Source: Azolla caroliniana
Lineage: Eukaryota; Plantae; Polypodiophyta
Direction: 5' to 3'
Length of the DNA stretch: 64,000 bases
Assembly (NCBI GenBank): GCA_043228905.1
Contig: JBHGNT010000011.1
Coordinates: 3,596,001 to 3,660,000, forward strand
The notes below the pieces were generated by a model, which saw only the letters and a list, made by a program, of their open reading frames with translations, ran no database searches and had not been told where the DNA came from. Numbering within the stretch: position 1 is the first letter of the stretch; every line of letters starts with the position of its first letter. This document shows, piece by piece, positions 10,576 to 24,246 of the stretch. A program made the translations under genes and the position numbers.

Positions 10576-13500
10576 TGTTGGCATAAAAGGCCGACTCCTT
10601 CCAAGTTGTATCTGTCCGAGTGTGAACTCGTTAATAAGTTAGGGCTTAGTATATAAGCTAATACCTAGCATTGTAACGATGACGATGAAGAACAGACGAT
10701 TGTAATCTTTGAGAGAGAGAGAAACGCGTTGTGCAGAAATAAGAAGCTTTCCATTAAAGCTTGCAACTGTGTAAGTCTACCTCTGCCTTCTCTATCTTTT
10801 GTGTGTATGTTGTTTACTGTTCATAGCCATAAGATCCGAACACACACTTCCGCATAACTGTCGACATTCGCCACAACTGGTATAAGATAACAGAAGAAGA
10901 AGCTGAAAGAAAAGACCGGGTCATAAACATCAAATCCATAGAAAGAATATGGCTTCAACATCCGGAACAGGAGTTGAAATTAGAAAGTTCAATTGCAAGA
11001 ACTTTGCCCTGTGGAAAGAGATGATGCAGGATGTGCTGATTATCTGAAGACATGTCGAAGCCATTTGGCATAATGAAAAGCCTGCTTCGATGACAACAGA
11101 AGAGTGGAGATCAATGGACGAAATAACACGTTGCGGAGGTAATAGATAACAGAAGAAGAAGCTGAAAGAAAAGACCGGGTCATAAACATCAAATCCACAG
11201 AAAGAATATGGCTTCAACATCCGGAACAGGAGTTGAAATTAGAAAGTTCAACTTGAAGCACTTTGCCTTGTGGAAAGAGATGATGCAAGATGTGCTGATT
11301 ATCTGAAGACAGGTCGAAGCCATTCAGCATAATGAAAAGTTTGCTTCGATGACAGTAGAAGAGTGGAGATCAATGGACGAAATAGCATGCTCCACCATCC
11401 GAATGCATCTGGCTGAAAAAGTCTATTTCAACATGGCAAAAGAGATGACAACGTTCTCATTGTGGGAGAAATTGCAGGTCGTATATGAGAAGAAGTCCTC
11501 ATCTTCAAAACTTATCTTGATCAAACAACTATTCAACATGAAGATGAAAGAGACCGATCCGGCAACCTCCCACATCAACACCTTCAGCCGGGTGTTGTCA
11601 GAGCTCTCGTCACAAGGGATTAACTTCGAAGAAGAAGTGAAAGCCCTTGCCCTCCTATCGAGCTTGCCGGTGAGTTAGGAGGTATCCTATACGACTTACA
11701 CCAATAGCCGACTGATCCTAAATCTGGATGAAACAACCGGCCAAGTCCTCATAGAGGACATTAGGTGAAAATCGATGGGACTAACCATCGATGAGTCGGC
11801 AGAAGCCCATCACTCGACCGAGTTGTTCGACCGATAGAGTCGAACGAAAGAACAAGCCGAGAGAATTGGTCGTCACAACAACTGATCGAAAACAAGGGGT
11901 GACCGACAACGGTCGAAGTCGAGAATGGGCTGAACAAGTGAGTACTGCACACATTGCAGGAAAGATGGCCACAATGTTTCCGACTGCTGGTCAATAAAAA
12001 GAAAAGAGAGTGGTCAGCGATTCGAGCGGAATCGGGGACGTTCCGACTTGGACCACTCTCCAGTCGGCAACCAGATTAATGTTGCCGACACCCAATCAGG
12101 AGAAATCCTCTCCCTAGAGGATTCGATGATCGAAGAAGTCCTCTATAGTGCACAAGTTGCACACACATGGCTACTAGAATCTGGTGCCACATTTCACGTG
12201 ACCCCCAACATTGAATGGTTCTCGAACTATTCAACCGACACCAGCAGCACAGTCCGACTAGGAAACGGGCATGAGTGCAAGATAGCCGAAACTAGGGAGG
12301 TTCCCATCAGATTGCCAAATGGCAACACAATAACCCTGCACCGAGTTCGGCACATACCTGATCTAAAGAGGAGTCTGGTCTCCATCGGCATGTTAGCCGA
12401 AGATGGTATCAAACAACTCTACACGAGTCGACATGGGTGATCACCTAAGGAAACCTCAAAATCGGTAGTGGGCATAACTATAATAATCTATACCCATTGA
12501 TGGAGATCAACCTTGAAGGGGCTGTGAACGTAGCTGAGAAAACCGACCCGAATTTATGGCATGGCCGACTTGGCCACATGTCTCAAGCCGGACTTGATCG
12601 GCTGATGTCGGTCGGCTACATCCCGAAACTCTAGGCAAAGACAGACTTCTGCGAGCACTGTCAATACGGGAAACAGACTCGAAGTCTGCACTCTCTCCAC
12701 TACAAGATGGTACGACAACCCCTAGAGCTCGTGCACACATACATATGTGGGCCCATGCTAGAGTGATCACTAGGAGGCTCCCGGTACTTCATCATATTCG
12801 TAGATGATTGTACACGGAAAGTTTGGGCATACTCTCTCAAGTCCAAAGATGAAACGCTCGAGGTCTTCACTCGATGGATATCTGAAGTGGAGAACCGGTC
12901 GAGACACAGAGTGAAGACACTCCGATTCGACAACGGAGGTGAGTACACCTCCAAAGCCTTCAAACAATACCTGTCTAAAAAAGGGATCCGGCATCAAAAG
13001 ACCGTTCCTTACACACCCATGCAGAATGGGGTGGCTGAACGGAACAACCGAACGATCCAGGAGAGGGTGACGACAATGCTCTAGCATGCCAGACTGAAGC
13101 TGGAATTCTAGGCCGAGGCATTGCAGACGGTAGTGTACTTGATAAATCTAGCGTCGTCAAGAGAAATTAGGCTCGAAGTGCCACATGCACTATGGTAAGG
13201 CAAAAAACCGACCTACAATAGGCTCCGTATATTCAGATGCAAAGCCTACGCGTTCATCCCCAAGGACAAAAGGACGAAGTTGGCACCCCATGCAACAAAG
13301 TGCATATTTCTCGGTTATGGAACCGATGGGGACTTCGGCTACCGGCTATGGGACCCTGAGAACCGGAAATTGATCTGGAGCAGCGACGTAGTCTTCAATG
13401 AAGACTCTAACTTCTCTCAACGGAACCAGCAGAAAACAGTGGGCAAGAAGGTATCCTTCGAAGATGACAACGTCATCATAGAAAGATCGACCCACCGGGC

Positions 13501-15972
13501 CGAATCTAAGAGTCAATAGACAGTTGAACTCCAACCAGCCGACAACCTCCCAGCCGACACCGAATTGGCAATAAGTCCCAACGTTGAACTCAAAGACAAA
13601 GTCATCAAAGACAGAGCCGAATCGACGAAGGTCGATCAAGGCAGAGTCAACAAGGGACAAGTCAGAAAAGAGTCGACAACAACCGCAGGGGAGAACAACC
13701 AGAAACCGTTGAAATCCCAAACCGAGGGCGGAATACTAAATAAGACTCTTGACTCAACTGGTTCAACAAATGTTGATCATCAAAAAGAACCAATCGAAGA
13801 ATTTGAACCAGATATTACGGCACCCAGGAGATCTAGACGAGCTCGAAGGCAAACAAAGTTTTATCAATTGTGCCTCGACTACGTCAACTACACGGATGTA
13901 GGCGAACCAAGCATGTATGACGAAGCTATGGCCGCATCGGACGCTGAAACATGGCTGCAAGTCATGAAATCCGAAATGGACTCAATTAAGCAGAATCAGA
14001 CATGGGAGCTGGTTGAACTTCTGGCAGGAAGAAAGCCACTGCCTTGCAAATGGGTGTTCCGATACAAGTATGTATCCGACTCAGAGAAACCCAAGTACAA
14101 AGCTCGGCTTGTCGCGAAAGGATTCAAACTGGAATACGGGGTCGACTATGACGAGATATTCTCACTAGTAGTCAAGATGACCACCCTCTAATCCTACTAG
14201 GAGTCGTATCGAAAGAAGACCCAGAGCTTGAGCAGATGGACGTAAAGACGACATTCCTACACGGAGATTTGGAAGAAGACATATACATGTCTCAACCTGC
14301 AGGCTTCACGACGACGGGGGAGGACAGTCACCTCATAGGCAGACTAAAGAAAAGTTTATATGGCCTCAAACAAGCGCCGAGAATGTGGTACCAGAAGTTT
14401 GACTCCCAGATAAGGCAGCTTGGATACAACAGATCAGACTCCGACCCATGCATGTATGTTCGGCAACTAGCCAATGAGTCCAGGATCTATCTGATCCTTT
14501 ATATCGACAACATGCTGATTGCAGGGAGCAATCAAGCAGAGATCGGAAAACTCAAGCGGAGCCTTCACGAAAAATTCGCGATGAAGGAACTCAGACAATC
14601 CCGACACATACTGGGCATGAGGATAGTGTGAAATCGGACGACCAGGACTCTCCGACTCTCCCAATCCGACTACATCCGCAAGGTGCTGAAGCGCTTCAAC
14701 ATGGAGAATGCGAAGCTAGGACAGACACCACTTCCGACATCGATCAGACTATCGGACAGAGACTCTCCTGCAAATGACAAGGAGAGTGGACTTAATGGAA
14801 AGATACCCTACGCATCGATAGTAAGAAGTATCATGTACGTAATGGTGGCGACCCGACCCGACCTAGCCTATGCCGTAGGGGTGGTCAGCCGGTACATGTC
14901 AAACCCAGGAAAGAAGCATTGGGAGGCCATCAAGCACATCCTTAGGTATCTAAAAGGAACCATGGATGCACAACTAACATTCGGTTCGACAACATCAACC
15001 GAAGTTGAAGGCTACACCGATTCCGACTATGCCGGAAACACGGACAATCCGAAATCGACATCAGGCTACATATTCACCGATGGTGGTGGTGCGATATCAT
15101 GGAGGTCGAAACTACAAGAGTGCACGACTTTGTCCACCACAGAAGCCAAGTACATAGCAGCATTGGAAGCAGCGAAGGAAGTGATCTAGTTGCACCGACT
15201 GTCTACCGATTTTAGAATTGCAAACTGAATAGACTGACCAACGCCGACCATCCATTGCTACTCACACAACGCAATACACCTCATCAACAATCCTGTCTAC
15301 CATGCGAAGATGAAGCACATTGAGGTGCGGTATCATCATATCCGGGAGCTCGTGACCGAGAAGAAACTCGAAGTTTGAAAGATCGACACCGAGGTGAACA
15401 TCGTCGATTTCCTGACAAAGCCACTCCCAAATCAAGGCTTCGGAACGCTAAGGACTAAGATGGGGTTATGACAAGCGACCGAGAAGAAGAAAGCCGAACG
15501 AGGAGCAGAAGGTAAGAGCTGACTGACACTCATACTATACCTCTTCCGACTCGGCTACTTGCCGACAGACTTGTAACATAAGATCTAGTTAAATTTGTAA
15601 TCTAGGTTTACGAGGGAGATAACCCCAAGCACTTGTACATGCAAGAAAGAGTAGTCCTTTTATAGGGCAGTTTGTTGGCATAAAAGGCTGACTCCTTCCA
15701 AGTTGTATCCGACCGAGTGTAAACTCGTTAATAAGTTAGGGCTTAGTTTATAAGCGAATACCTAACATTGTAATGATGACGATGACGAACAGACGATTGT
15801 AATCTCTGAGAGAGAGAGAAATGCGTTGTGCAAAAATAAGAAGCTTTCCATTAAAGCTTGCAAATGTGTAAGTCTACGTCTGCCTTCTCTATCTTCTGTG
15901 TGTATGTTGTTTGTTGTTCATAGCCATAAGATCCAAACACACACTTCCGCATAACTGTCGACATTCTCCTCA
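10576..15972 (+). mobile_element. Ty1/copia element D, full length but decayed
   Basis: 300-bp LTRs at 10576-10875 and 15673-15972; degenerate Met PBS tggtataaga; gag MASTSGTGVEIRKFN through RNase H. TSD CCAGA/CCACT, both one change from host CCACA (DVPQRIW). Confidence 0.93.
10885..11385 (+). repeat. about 240-bp tandem duplication (259-bp period) of the leader and gag start of D
   Basis: 10885-11125 is repeated at 11144-11385. Confidence 0.92.
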
Positions 15973-17250
15973 CCACTGAGGATTTGGATAGGAAAGGATG
16001 TCTCCTATTGACACCTGAGGGTGTTCGGATGTTTAATGTACATGCATGTGACTAAGGATCAAAGGTCGAAGCTCGACAACAAGTCGAAACCATGCATATT
16101 CATGGGATACTTGGAGGACGAGTTCGGCTACAGGCTGCAGGACATAGTTGACAAGAAGGTAGTGAGGAGTCGAATGTAGTCTTCTTGGAAGACAAGAAAA
16201 TAGAGGATTCGAAGCAACAGAAATCAGAATCGACTTCCCAGTCAACTCCTACCATTACCAACTTAAGGACAAGTGAACCACCATAGTCGGTTGTTCGGAG
16301 ACAGCTTGTCGGCACAGCTGAATCCGAGTCGGTGGACTCGGAGAAACCTACAAATACAGATGAGTCGGAGTTGGCGGACCTATTAAAGCTGATCGAGGAC
16401 TATGAGTGGGAATCGGCTAAACACCAACGACTGATCGACACATATGAATTCGAGCCGAGGGAAGAGTCGACAGAGACATCCAAACTGGAGTCGACAACGA
16501 GTGGAAGAAAATACACACTCAGAGAAAGGAGACCACCGACGACATATGCCATTCAATACATCCTCTTGACTGATGAAGGTGAGCCGGAGTGCTATGAAGA
16601 AGCCATCGCTAATGAATGAGCACAAGGAAAAATGGCCAAGTGCAATGCAAGATGAGATGGAATCCTTGCATGAGAACTACACCTATGACCTGGTAGAACT
16701 ACCGAAAGGTAAGAGAGCACTCAGAAACAAATGGGTCTACAAGGTGAAGACTAGGGAAGTCGGAAACACACCCAGGTACAAAGCCTGCATTGTGGTTAAG
16801 AGGTTTCAACAAAAAAAGGATGTCAACTTCGACAAAATATTCGCACCAGTCCTGAAGATGACATCCATCTGAACTGTTTTGAGCATTGCTGCGAGCATGA
16901 ATTTGGAGATCGAATAGTTGGATGTCAAGACAACATTCTTGCACGGAGATCTGGACGAAGAGATCTACATACAACAGCCCGAAAAGAGAACTTGGTGTGT
17001 CGACTGAAGAAAATATTGTATGGGTTGAAACAAGCTCCACACCAATGGTACAAGAAGTTTGAGTCCATGGTGAAACATAGGTTCCAAAAACACAGGTTGG
17101 TCACTGTGTGTTCATCAAAAGGTATGATGAAGGTGAATTCTTAATTCTCTTGTTATATGCGGATGACATGTTGATAGTCTGACAAGACAAGAAGAAGATC
17201 GTGAGGTTGAAGGGGGCTTGAAGAAAGCATTAGGCAAGTCGTTTGCCATG

Positions 17251-18270
17251 TGTTAAGCACTTGGATTGCACCATGATCGGTCATTATGAAGAGCACATCA
17301 ACAATGACATAATACAGCTAAAGGAACTATGAAGAAGAAATGGCAAGAGAAAAAGGAGCTAATGGGTAACCAAGTGTGAAAGAGGCAAACCCTAAATGTA
17401 AATACTATATAAACCACATTGTGGTGGCTTTGTAAGGGTTCTTCCATTTGTAAAGTTCTCCCTATTGATTAAGAGCTAGAGTTTCCTCTCCTCCTTCTTG
17501 TATCCCTTAAGCTTAAGAGATATTAGTGAGCTGTTTAGTTAGAGAACACTAATCTCTCTTCCTTGTTGGTGCTAAACCTCTTAGGAAGAGGGGGTAATAA
17601 ACATATTCATTACTCTTATTGTCTATGAGAGAGAGCTTGAGAGATATTGTCCTTAATAATCAATTAATCGTTAAGTGAGTGTGAGCCTCAGAGGTGTCCA
17701 ACAACCATCTCCACCCGATTCGCCATCAAAACGATATACGCCAGTCCGAGCTCTGCAAACGACATCGAGGAGGGTTAAAATCCGTCGATACATAGATCTT
17801 ATACATCTATTTGGCTCTGTTGCCGGGGATATGACTGATGCTTGAAGCTGATTTCGAATGATCGAACACTCGTAAGCAACCCAGTTAACGAGGGAAAAAA
17901 TCAAAAGGAAACCATTGTTTTTGTTAATTAAAATTTTCACCATTTCACGTTTTAATTAAGCTAAATTTTTGTTTTTTTTTAGCTTTATTTGTTTCCCCCC
18001 CCTAATCGCTCAGACATTTGCAAGCTCTTTGTTCAGTTAATACTAAACATTGTTAAGATTTGCCATTTTAGGGCAAGGATAATCAATGTGATTCTTGCTG
18101 ATCACAATCATCGGACGATCAATCACGAAGAAGAGCGCATCAACAAGGACATAATACGACTAAAGGAACTATGAAGAAGAAATGGCAAGAGGAAAAGGAG
18201 CTAATGGGTAGCCAAGTGTGGAAGAGGCAAACCCTAAATGTAAATCCTATATAAACCACATTGTGGTGGC
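17251..18270 (+). mobile_element. LTR-like element E: two related units starting tgttaag at 17251 and 18051; the second continues at 24220-24246
   Basis: Begins with TG exactly where copia B RT stops. About 17288-17450 is repeated at about 18130-18270 plus 24220-24246; TATA-like ctatataaa in both units. Confidence 0.6.
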
Positions 18271-18460
18271 TGTTGAGAGTCGAACTCAACTTCCCATAGT
18301 AATAGGTTTCACACTAGCTCATGGACATACCAGGCAAGTTTTGTAAATAGTAGAAAGGGCACTTACCCTAGCTTAGTTGGTATTTAAACCAACCCCTTGT
18401 AACTTAGTTACTGTTGGAAGTATTTTGGTTAATGTAATATACGATCTTTTATCTCTATCT

Positions 18461-18513
<53 letters not shown>

Positions 18514-21500
18514 GCCTTATGTGGATACACACATAGTCCTTCCGCTGCATCTAAGCCACTCTTGATCCTCATTTTCTTCACATAGTATTAGAGCGTGTGG
18601 TTGCTTAATTGAATCTATACAACTATGTTGTGGTACACGCCGACGGTCAACAGAACCGGCTCATCAACAGAGAAGAAAATGACATAATGAACACTCAGAT
18701 GGGAAGCGCTCTTCCTACCGAGAAGCTTGACAGAACTTCACATCTTGGGAATACAAGATGCATCAATACCTTGTCGGACAAGGTTACTGGAGCTACATTG
18801 AAGGAGCTCACGAAACTCAACCCAACCCAACACTTGTCGACTATCCTGCTTGGGAGTAGGCCGCAAGCCGTGTGTTGTATTGCCTTGCATCATGCGTTCA
18901 TGATCGTATGGTTGGCTATATTCTAGATTTGAAAACACCGAAAGAAGCTTGGGGAAACCTCAAGAAGATTTTTGCGGCCAACACGGCTGCACGAAAGCTC
19001 CAACTTCGACAGGAGCTAAACAACATGCAACAGAGGGACATGTCAATCACAGGCTATACCTTAAAGATCAAGGAGTTGTGTGATGCCCTCAGTTCGATTA
19101 ATGTCGTAATTGACAATGACGAGATGGTGCAAATATGCCTCGGCGGCTTAGTACCCTGATTTGGCTCGATTAGATTGGCCATCCTTGCAAGGAAGAACCC
19201 TCCTTCATTTTTCGATCTTCAATCAATATTGTTGATTGAGGAAAATCACGCCCGACAAAGGAGAAACACACTAGAGAGTCATATGCTCCACTCCCAGTTG
19301 AATGATAGAAGAAATTTCGGCCGTGGAAATAGAGGTCGATTCAAACAAGGCCGTAATGGTCGCCAGACTCAAGTGCATAACTTCCACCAATGGCAAGCGG
19401 ACAGGAACGGTCCCAGAGTGTTTGGTAGAAGGGGGAGTCATCATACCGAACCAAGAAATCGTAATACCCCGATCGAATGCGGGTACTGTGGAAAACACGG
19501 CCACCATGAAGAGGAGTGCCGGAAAAAGGTATGAGACTCGGCTTCAACTAGCCAACAACTCACGAACTACGCATCGAATTCCGACTACCACGATCATAGC
19601 GGAATGTTTAAAAATTACGCCACGAGTTTTCACTACAATGACCGTGGCGGAATGTTCGTAATGATGCAAGAAGCACACTCGATGTTAGCACAGGCCTCAA
19701 CTAGCACCTCCGCCTCAAATAACGTATGGTTTGTTGACTCGGGAGCATCCAACCAGATGATGTCTCATGAAGATTGGTTTCGGGAACTACGAAAACCCGA
19801 ATGACCCAGATATGTCGAGACAGGCGATGACACGGCTCATCCAATACAGCATATCAGGAACATCTCATTTGGAAACAACGGCAAACAAACCTATCTCAAG
19901 AACGTACTACATGTCCCTACCGTCACGAAAAACCTGGTTTCGGTTGGCCAGATTATCGAACAAGGAATGCATGTGCGATTCAACAACGACGGGTGCTTCA
20001 TCGAAAGGGGTGGACAAGTCATAGCCCATGGTTGATGAGGAGGCCGTATGTTTATCCTTGAATCGAACGAGGTAAAGTCAGCCATTTTCACAAAGGGCCT
20101 TAAAGTCGAAACTGACATAAATCTGTGGCACAAGAGAATCAACCATATCAATCTCTAAAAACTCCAGAACATGCAATCGAAAGAAGTCGTAATCGGACTC
20201 CCAAATTGTACGACGAAGGAGGTTATGGGCGTATGTGAAGCATGCCAATTTGGAAAGCAACACCGTCATGCATTCCCAAAGGAGCGGAATGTGAGCAAAG
20301 GAATCTTGAATGTCATACATTCAGATGTATGGGGACCGGCCCAGACAGCCACAGTCGGCGGATGCCGATACTATGTCACGTTCATTGACGACTTCTCCAG
20401 GAACATCTAGATCTACCCAATGAAACAAAAGAGCGAAGTGTTCGGATACTTCTAGAGATTCAAAGCCGAAGTCGAAAAAGCTACGGGTCGACACGTACGC
20501 TACCTTCAATTGGATGGAGGCAAAGAATACTTCTCGGCCGAGTTTACGGCATATCTCCGAAATGAAGGAATCTGACGAGAATTGTCATGCCATCACACAC
20601 CTCAGCAGAATGGCATAGTTGAGCGTAAAAACCGGCACATAGTAGAAGTCACATGGGCTATGATGAATGAGAAGAACCTGCTGAAACCGTACTGGGCAGG
20701 AGTGGAGAACAACCTCGGGAGTACACGACGTAACTCCCCATGGGAAGTTCTTTGGAAAGAACCCGGACTTATCACATGTCCGCATTTTCGGTGCAATCGC
20801 TTACATACATATTCCCGATGATACGCGACAAAAAACTCGACCTGAAGTCAGAGAAATGTATCCTCGTACGATACTCACTCGAACAAAAGGGGTACAAATG
20901 CTACAACCCATCTACCCGAAACTCGCGTAAGTTGAGATGTTGTTTTCGATGAGTATGCATCCTGGTACGCACCAGAAACAACTTTGACTCTGACTCCACT
21001 CGACCCGAAATCTGCCGAAATGGAGATGGAAGAAGAAGATCGGCTCACACGCATGTTTGAAGAAAGCTCGATTATGACACGACTTAGTGGACCACAGGAG
21101 CCCCTGAGTGACCAAAGCACATTTCGAGCGAGTCCGAAACTAGACAAAGGGAAGGCCAAGATGTCTGAATACGAAGATCCAATCGACAACGCGTCAACTC
21201 ACTCCATTGACAGTTAGTTCGAAGGCCTGGACATCCCAATCATCCAAACAGATGGAGTGAAGAAAGCCTTAGTATCCACAAACGAGAAGCTCCGCCGATC
21301 GATCCATGAAAAGAAACCCGTAAGCTGCTTCGGGTACAATGATTATATGGCGTACCATTACGCTTTCATGATGAAGGTAGCGTCAGTACGGGAGCCGGAG
21401 ACGCTTTCCCAAGCCGTAAAGGATTCGCGGTGGGTCGATGCGATGCATGAGGAAATGGAATCGTTATGCAAAACCAAGACATGGGATCTCGTCCCTCACA

Positions 21501-24077
21501 TGCTGCACAAGAAAGCGATTGCCTGTTGATGGATTTACAAAGTGAAACACAATGCCGACGGCTCCATAAATCGCTTCAAATCACGGCTCATTGCGAAAAG
21601 ATATGTGCAAACACATGACATAGACTACGAAGAGACCTTTGCTCCAGTGGCAAAGATGACCACGCGGACTATAATTGCTCTTGCAACAGCAAAAGGGTGG
21701 CACCTCCACCAAATGGACGTGAAAAACGCCTTCCTCCAAGGAGAATTAAAAGAGGAAGTATATATGATTCAACCACCCGGATTTTAATCGCGTACTCATT
21801 CGCACGCCGTATGCCGCCTCAAGAAGCCACTATATGGCCTCAAACAAGCACCCCGTGCGTGGCATTCAAAGATCACGCAATATCTTCATTAGATCGGATT
21901 TCGAATGTCAAAATCCGATACTTCCCTGTACATCCGAAACGAGTTGGATAGCCCGATTGTCATCATCCTTTATGTGGATGATTTGGTCATAGGAGGAAAG
22001 GATCTTGCGGTATTAACAAGGTCAAATCACTTCTCTCCGGTAGATTCGAAATGAAAGACCTGCATTAGCTCCATTACTTCCTAGGCATTAAAGTAATTCG
22101 GACACCAGTCGGAATAATGATCCCTCAATGGCACTATGTTCTCAACTTGCTCTACAAGTTCGGAATGACCGAATGCAAACCTGTGTCCACCCCTCCCGAT
22201 CGTAATCTCAAGATGGATGCCGATTCTGGCATAGCCATGTGCGAGTCAACTCAGTATCATCAACTAATCGGCAGCTTAATCTATCTCACCATTACGTGAC
22301 CCGATCACAGTTATTCGGTCGGCCTACGTAGCCAATTCATGCAGAATCCGGGAAACCTTCATCTTGATTATGCTAAGAGGATACTCTAGTATGTCAGTAC
22401 TACAATGGATTACGACATTATGTATAAGTCAAAGACGACCATTCGACTCGAAGGATACATAGACGTGGTGTCGTGAAGAATTTCGGCTAGAGGCGGAAAC
22501 CGGGAAATATTGGCTACAACGGTGGGGTGCAACACGTGCGCTCAACCTTGTACATTTAGTGTGAATAACGAGGGCGCCTTTATGGTGCCGAAGAGTAGTC
22601 AAGTTGGGACAAAGAATCCCATGTAAGTCGGGATTTATCCCACATTGTAACACATCTCCCTCCTTGTTCTATAAAAGGAAGGGAGCGCCTCTTGTGAAGG
22701 GGTTGCCCATTTTTGCATTCGTAGGGTATACCGTTAGAGGAAGAAACGTTCTCTCTTCCTCTTTCTTTCCTCTTGTTTACGGTTTCGTTTCCTTTCTCTG
22801 CTTCTTCCTCTTCGTCGTTCTGAGTATCGAGCCTTGGCATCTCGTGTTCCTATTTTCTGCCCGTTCTCTGTGCAAGACCACGCTCGGCACGACAAGCCCG
22901 AGGGCTCCCCCGACCAGCGGCTTGGCAGTAGACATCTGTTGTAACCTGAGCTACTTAGGTCGGGCTTGATACCAGTATTGTATCTTAGTCTTGTAATATA
23001 TGCATGGAGGGTTCTGCGCACCGATGTTTGTGTGGGTGTTTTGGTGTTCTCTTACCTCCGTTTCTGTACATAAGGGCGTGAGTTGGGTCAGTGTGGTGTG
23101 TGTGTGTGGGTGTGAGTCGGTGTCAAACGCGCTCTCTCTCCCTTTCTCTCTCCCATTCGGTTGCTTCCGGAACGCGTACGGAATCGTCTTCTCGGATTCC
23201 CTTATTCCCTCGTCCGAGACCCCCGTGGTCCCGCCCTTCTACACGCACGCGCGTAACAACGTGACAGCGGACTGGACAGGCTACAAAGCAAATAGACGAT
23301 CCACATCCGGATTCGTCTTCTCCCTCGGCAGCAGAGCGATCTCCTGGAGCAGTAAGAAGCAGCCGACAGTCGCATTGTCGAGCACAAAATCCGAATACAG
23401 GGGCGCGACAGTCGTCGCATGCGAAGCCATATGGCTCAAGCGCATACTGAAGGATCTGGGCATTCCCATTACGGATCCAATTCGCCTCTTCTGCAACAAC
23501 ATTAGCAACATCTACCTCGCTCGAAACCCCATCTTCCACGTGTGGACTAAACACATCGAAGTGCACTACCACTTCAATCTCGAGCGCGTACAGGCCGGAG
23601 AAATCCATCTACAACATATTAGTACACACCTCCAGATTGCTGATATTTTTACGAAGGCCTTAGGAGTCGACAAGCTCGAGCAATTGGCATCGAACCTTGG
23701 TCTCACGACATCCACATTGCCGAGCTTGAGGGGGAGAATTGCAGGTGGCACACGCACTGTACGTAATTGATCGAGTACGCAACACACAGTTCAGTTCGAG
23801 GATTACAAACGCCGGAAGCCAAATTCTAAAGACCGAACCGAAACAACTTTTCGACAGATGGAAGTTGTGTTCGAAGGGGCATGTTGAGAGTCGAACTCAA
23901 CTTCCCATAGTAATAGTTTTCACACTAGCTCATGGACATACGAGGCTAGTTTTGTAAATAGTAGAAAGGGCACTTACCCTAGCTTAGTTGGTATTTAAAC
24001 CAACCCCTTGTAACTTAGTTACTGTTGGAAGTATTTTGGTTAATGTAATATAAAGTCTTTTATCTCTGTCTTAAGCA

Positions 24078-24126
<49 letters not shown>

Positions 24127-24219
24127 GCCTTACGTGCATACACAAACACACACACACACACACACACACACAGTCCTTCTGCTGCATCTCACCCACTCTT
24201 GCTCCTCATTTTCTTCACA
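18271..24219 (+). mobile_element. Ty1/copia element F, full length but decayed
   Basis: LTRs 18271-18582 and 23882-24219; TSD GTGGC/ATGGC; mutated Met PBS tagtattagagc; gag [46 protein letters not shown], RNase H ending 23770. Confidence 0.95.
22469..23266 (+). mobile_element. solo LTR (798 bp), probably gypsy-type, in the RT/RNase H junction of F
   Basis: TGTC..GACA termini; 4-bp TSD GTGG/GCGG; removal restores the Y-x-D-A-D-W motif of the host. Confidence 0.88.
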
Positions 24220-24246
24220 ATGGCTTTGTAAGGGTTCTTCCATTTG

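Larger units (their letters stand above)
8995..17250 (+). mobile_element. Ty1/copia element B (older Tork-like host), in pieces 8995-9191, 9577-10575, 15973-17250
   Basis: Zinc knuckle CFYCGKPQH, protease WLIDSGA, integrase, then RT to SFAM. The frame continues across each nested insertion; its 3' end is not in the window. Confidence 0.88.

Noticed and set aside
19565-19657. 48-bp in-frame duplication (NYA..GMF twice) in the F gag-protease linker
   Set aside because: Real but an ordinary linker duplication.
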